From the NCBI GenBank assembly GCA_030141605.1, contig JAQGDQ010000634.1:1-64000 (forward strand): a stretch of DNA of 64,000 nt, given 5' to 3'. This document shows, piece by piece, positions 27,856-64,000 of the stretch (the first letter of the stretch is position 1; the number at the start of each line of letters is the position of its first letter). Under the pieces are notes generated by a model. That model did no database searches and was not told where the DNA came from. It saw only the letters and a list, made by a program, of their open reading frames with translations. The position numbers were made by a program, and so were the translations under genes. This stretch comes from Tubiluchus corallicola (Eukaryota; Animalia; Priapulida).

Positions 27856-29009
27856 TCACATTACAAGTGTTCGTGTTTGACTATAGAACAATTTTTACAA
27901 CTAGATTCTAGCAATAACCCCTATTACTGAATTTCATGTATAAAGTCTATTTCCCTTTTCAGGGCTGTGAAAATGACGAAATTGATGATTTGTTTTCTGT
28001 GACTTCTCCTTTAACTAACTCTCTGTCACTGTCTTGTCTGTCTGAGTGCTCTTCGCTTATCAACTAACAGGTGGGATCCAGGTGACCCAGATAATCCCAG
28101 GGACCCAGGTGACCCAATAATTATGGGAACAACTACGATAGTAAGTATGTTAATCTAAATACCCTTAAATCCAGTAGTAATTTATGTTAACAGTTGATTT
28201 TCTTAACTTACTTCATTATATTATATTACACGGTTTAATTAGCAGCGCTACAAATTTTTTCCAATTTGCACTAACCTGAGAAGGTAGTTCTGTTCTTTGG
28301 ATCTCTATAGGAATTAAACTAAAAGGAGTTCCACATCTAATGCTGGAGTGGAATTTTCCGTTTGTTATTTTGAATTTAAGATTGCAGCGATATTATTTTC
28401 GAATAAATCCTTAAGTGGCGTTTCTGTAGCATGCGAATGCGTTATTTTTTACAGCTATTTTTATTGATTTTTTACATAAACTCAACTTAAGGCTCCGCCA
28501 ATGCGCAACGAACCGTCAAGAAACAGGAATATCGTAGAATAAGTTCCACAGCTACTAACAGTGAGATTTTTTACTTGCATCTTGAATTCAAGATGGCAGC
28601 GAGAACATAATTTTCAGTTCTCATCATGAAACTTTACAGGAATATAGTGTACTTAGAATGAATTCTGTAACGGGTTGTTATCAAACTTTTTAGGAATGTG
28701 CTAGAACAAACTCCGCCTGGATTGACAGAGTCGGATTTTTGATTTGCCAATGTTGAAGTCAAAATTGACGTGATTTTTTGAAAAACGTAAAGCTGCAGAC
28801 GAATGTAAAACAAATTTCGCATGTATCTTTTGACAGAGGTAGTTTTTTTATCCACATTCTCGAGTTTAATGAGTTGGACGTTCGACCAACAGTTCGAGTC
28901 GAATACATTCACAAGCGAAGTAATGACTGAAATGATGCATTGGCGATTCTGACAATTTCATAAAAATGTACATTGGCGAAATGATACATTCGTTAATAAT
29001 TTAATAGAC

Positions 29010-29225
29010 TAGCTCGCTCGGTAGTAAAATGATGCACGTGGCATACTAATAAAATAGTAAAGTCGCAATAGGTGATTTACTTGGGAAATGATGCACTAGT
29101 AAAATGATATACTGAGGATAGTGATACACTAGTAAAATGATAAACTAGTGAAACGATGCAATGGCTGGTGAAATAATAGACTAGTAAAATGATACACTGG
29201 TTATTTTTTGTTGAAATGATACACT
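29010..29225. repeat. Short imperfect tandem repeats (ctagtaaaatgatacact-like)
   Basis: The motif tagtaaaatgat recurs about 5 times; the closest copies are about 33 bp apart. Confidence 0.6.
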
Positions 29226-29226
29226 G

Positions 29227-29377
29227 CCCAGGCAGCACGACAAAATTGCCACAATATTTTTTTGCAAATATTGGGAGAATATGTAAATGTGTACTTGCCA
29301 CAACATTGTACCAATATTTTTTGACGATGTTTTTTCCATACTGTGACAATATTAGTACCAATATTGTCCTGCCTGGG
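29227..29377. mobile_element. CMC/EnSpm-like MITE
   Basis: TIRs CCCAGGCAG / CTGCCTGGG, 2-bp TSD TG/TG, internal caatatt repeats. Confidence 0.65.
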
Positions 29378-30095
29378 TGGTTAAATCTGAGCTGACGAGG
29401 CGACAACCTGATATTGCCATATATGTCACCTCTATGATGTAGACCTAACACACATAAAATGTAGGTCTACAGGCGAATCATTGAGTGATTTATTGGATCG
29501 ATTATGATAAGCCAAGAGATTTAGCACTGAAATAAAACTAATAAGAACATCTAGCTGATGGCCAAAGTTCAAAACGCTTTATATTGCAGGAAAGTGTAAA
29601 CCTTATATCACGTTTCAACACAATTTGGATGTGTAGCATCGTGTGCAGGGAAAAGTGCGAGTGTTTGTTCAGGAAAGGTCACTTTAGAATACCCGTGTAT
29701 TGGTAGCGCAAGTATGACTAATTTTCTTTCTGATGAACTCCATAAACTCAATAGGCCTATATATGGTTATTTGTCGAGAATTTCGCTAAGAACATTCAAG
29801 CTGATTATAGTGACTGTAAGTCACATTTGACCTAGTAGACAGTAAACTGATTCGGTTATTATAAGAAAAAACAGGTAGGTTAATTTTATGAATCCAGTAT
29901 GATAGCGACTCTATGACTGATGACGATGATGATTATGACGATCATGATCAATAATATCACTGTCGTTCAGTAACTGCACAATCATATGTAGCAGGTACAA
30001 ATCTAATCGATCTAGTAGTTCTTTCTTTTGAGAAATTAAGTGTTACAAATAAGTCCTCCTTTTCAGGGTTTGAGACGTGGAAACTAAACTTTATA

Positions 30096-63286
<33,191 letters not shown>

Positions 63287-64000
63287 GTGAGAGGAGCTTT
63301 ATAAAATGTTTATCGTATTTTTTGCCACAATAAGATTCTCTTTTATCTAGTGGCAACTTAACTGTAAAGATCCATTAAGAGCCGAAAACGTGATATTGGT
63401 TATTATTATTGCACTTTTAACAGTAAACATTGCCATTCACGTGCATGTACAGGGTATGTACAGTACATAATAAAACTACAGAATGTTTGTTGACTTTCAG
63501 ATGATAATGCAACTCAGTGAGCATGTAGTAGGTGCCGGGCAGGTCACCTTACTTATAGAGTTCAGTTTTAGCTTATAAAATAACTATTATGTTACTTTGT
63601 TGAGGTTAAGTAGTGTAAAACTAGTATAAAACTGATAAAGACTTTGCAGTTGATATTACAAAACTGAAGTGTAAATATTTTGCGTGTTTAAATGCTATTT
63701 TGTCAACACAGTGGCCCAAATGCAACCCAGTAGTGGTAAAAATGTTAATTAGTTCTTATTGTCTTCCTATTCTGTTCTACGGGTGTGTGACAGTTTGTGG
63801 GAAAAAAACTAATATATTATAACTGGTCTAGGGTAATTTAGCATCAAAGTTTCAAACCTAAAGCTCGGGTCACATGTTCTCCGTGAGTGTGAACGACTAA
63901 ACAGGAAACACTAAACAGACAGAGCTCGTAATTTACTAATATGTCAGGGTAATCATTTCTACTAATTTCATCACCAAGCATTTGGGTTCATGTTGGGGCA

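Overview
AT-rich, intron-rich animal (probably invertebrate) genomic DNA carrying two tandem, same-strand (+) copies of an ABCB1/P-glycoprotein (MDR1-type) full ABC transporter gene. Copy 1 is 5'-truncated by the window (19 exons, 403-21751, stop TGA at 21749-21751). Copy 2 runs from about 30 kb past the window end (26 coding exons seen, only the last missing; about 1277 aa if completed like copy 1). Position 1 corresponds to 41499. The copies look identical over 1-3162/41499-44660 and then diverge abruptly, with amino-acid changes clustered in the linker and TM7-TM10. Copy 2 appears to have two alternative first coding exons, one carrying two acidic dileucine sorting motifs. Copy 1 has a 307-bp tandem duplication that creates a candidate poison exon ahead of NBD2. 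Between the genes lies a decayed Ty3/Gypsy retrotransposon. Introns hold hAT, Tc1/mariner, RTE-LINE and MITE relics, a complex 17/18/28-bp satellite next to an antisense TATA and mini-exon, and microsatellites. All calls were made by eye from the sequence; no database searches were run.
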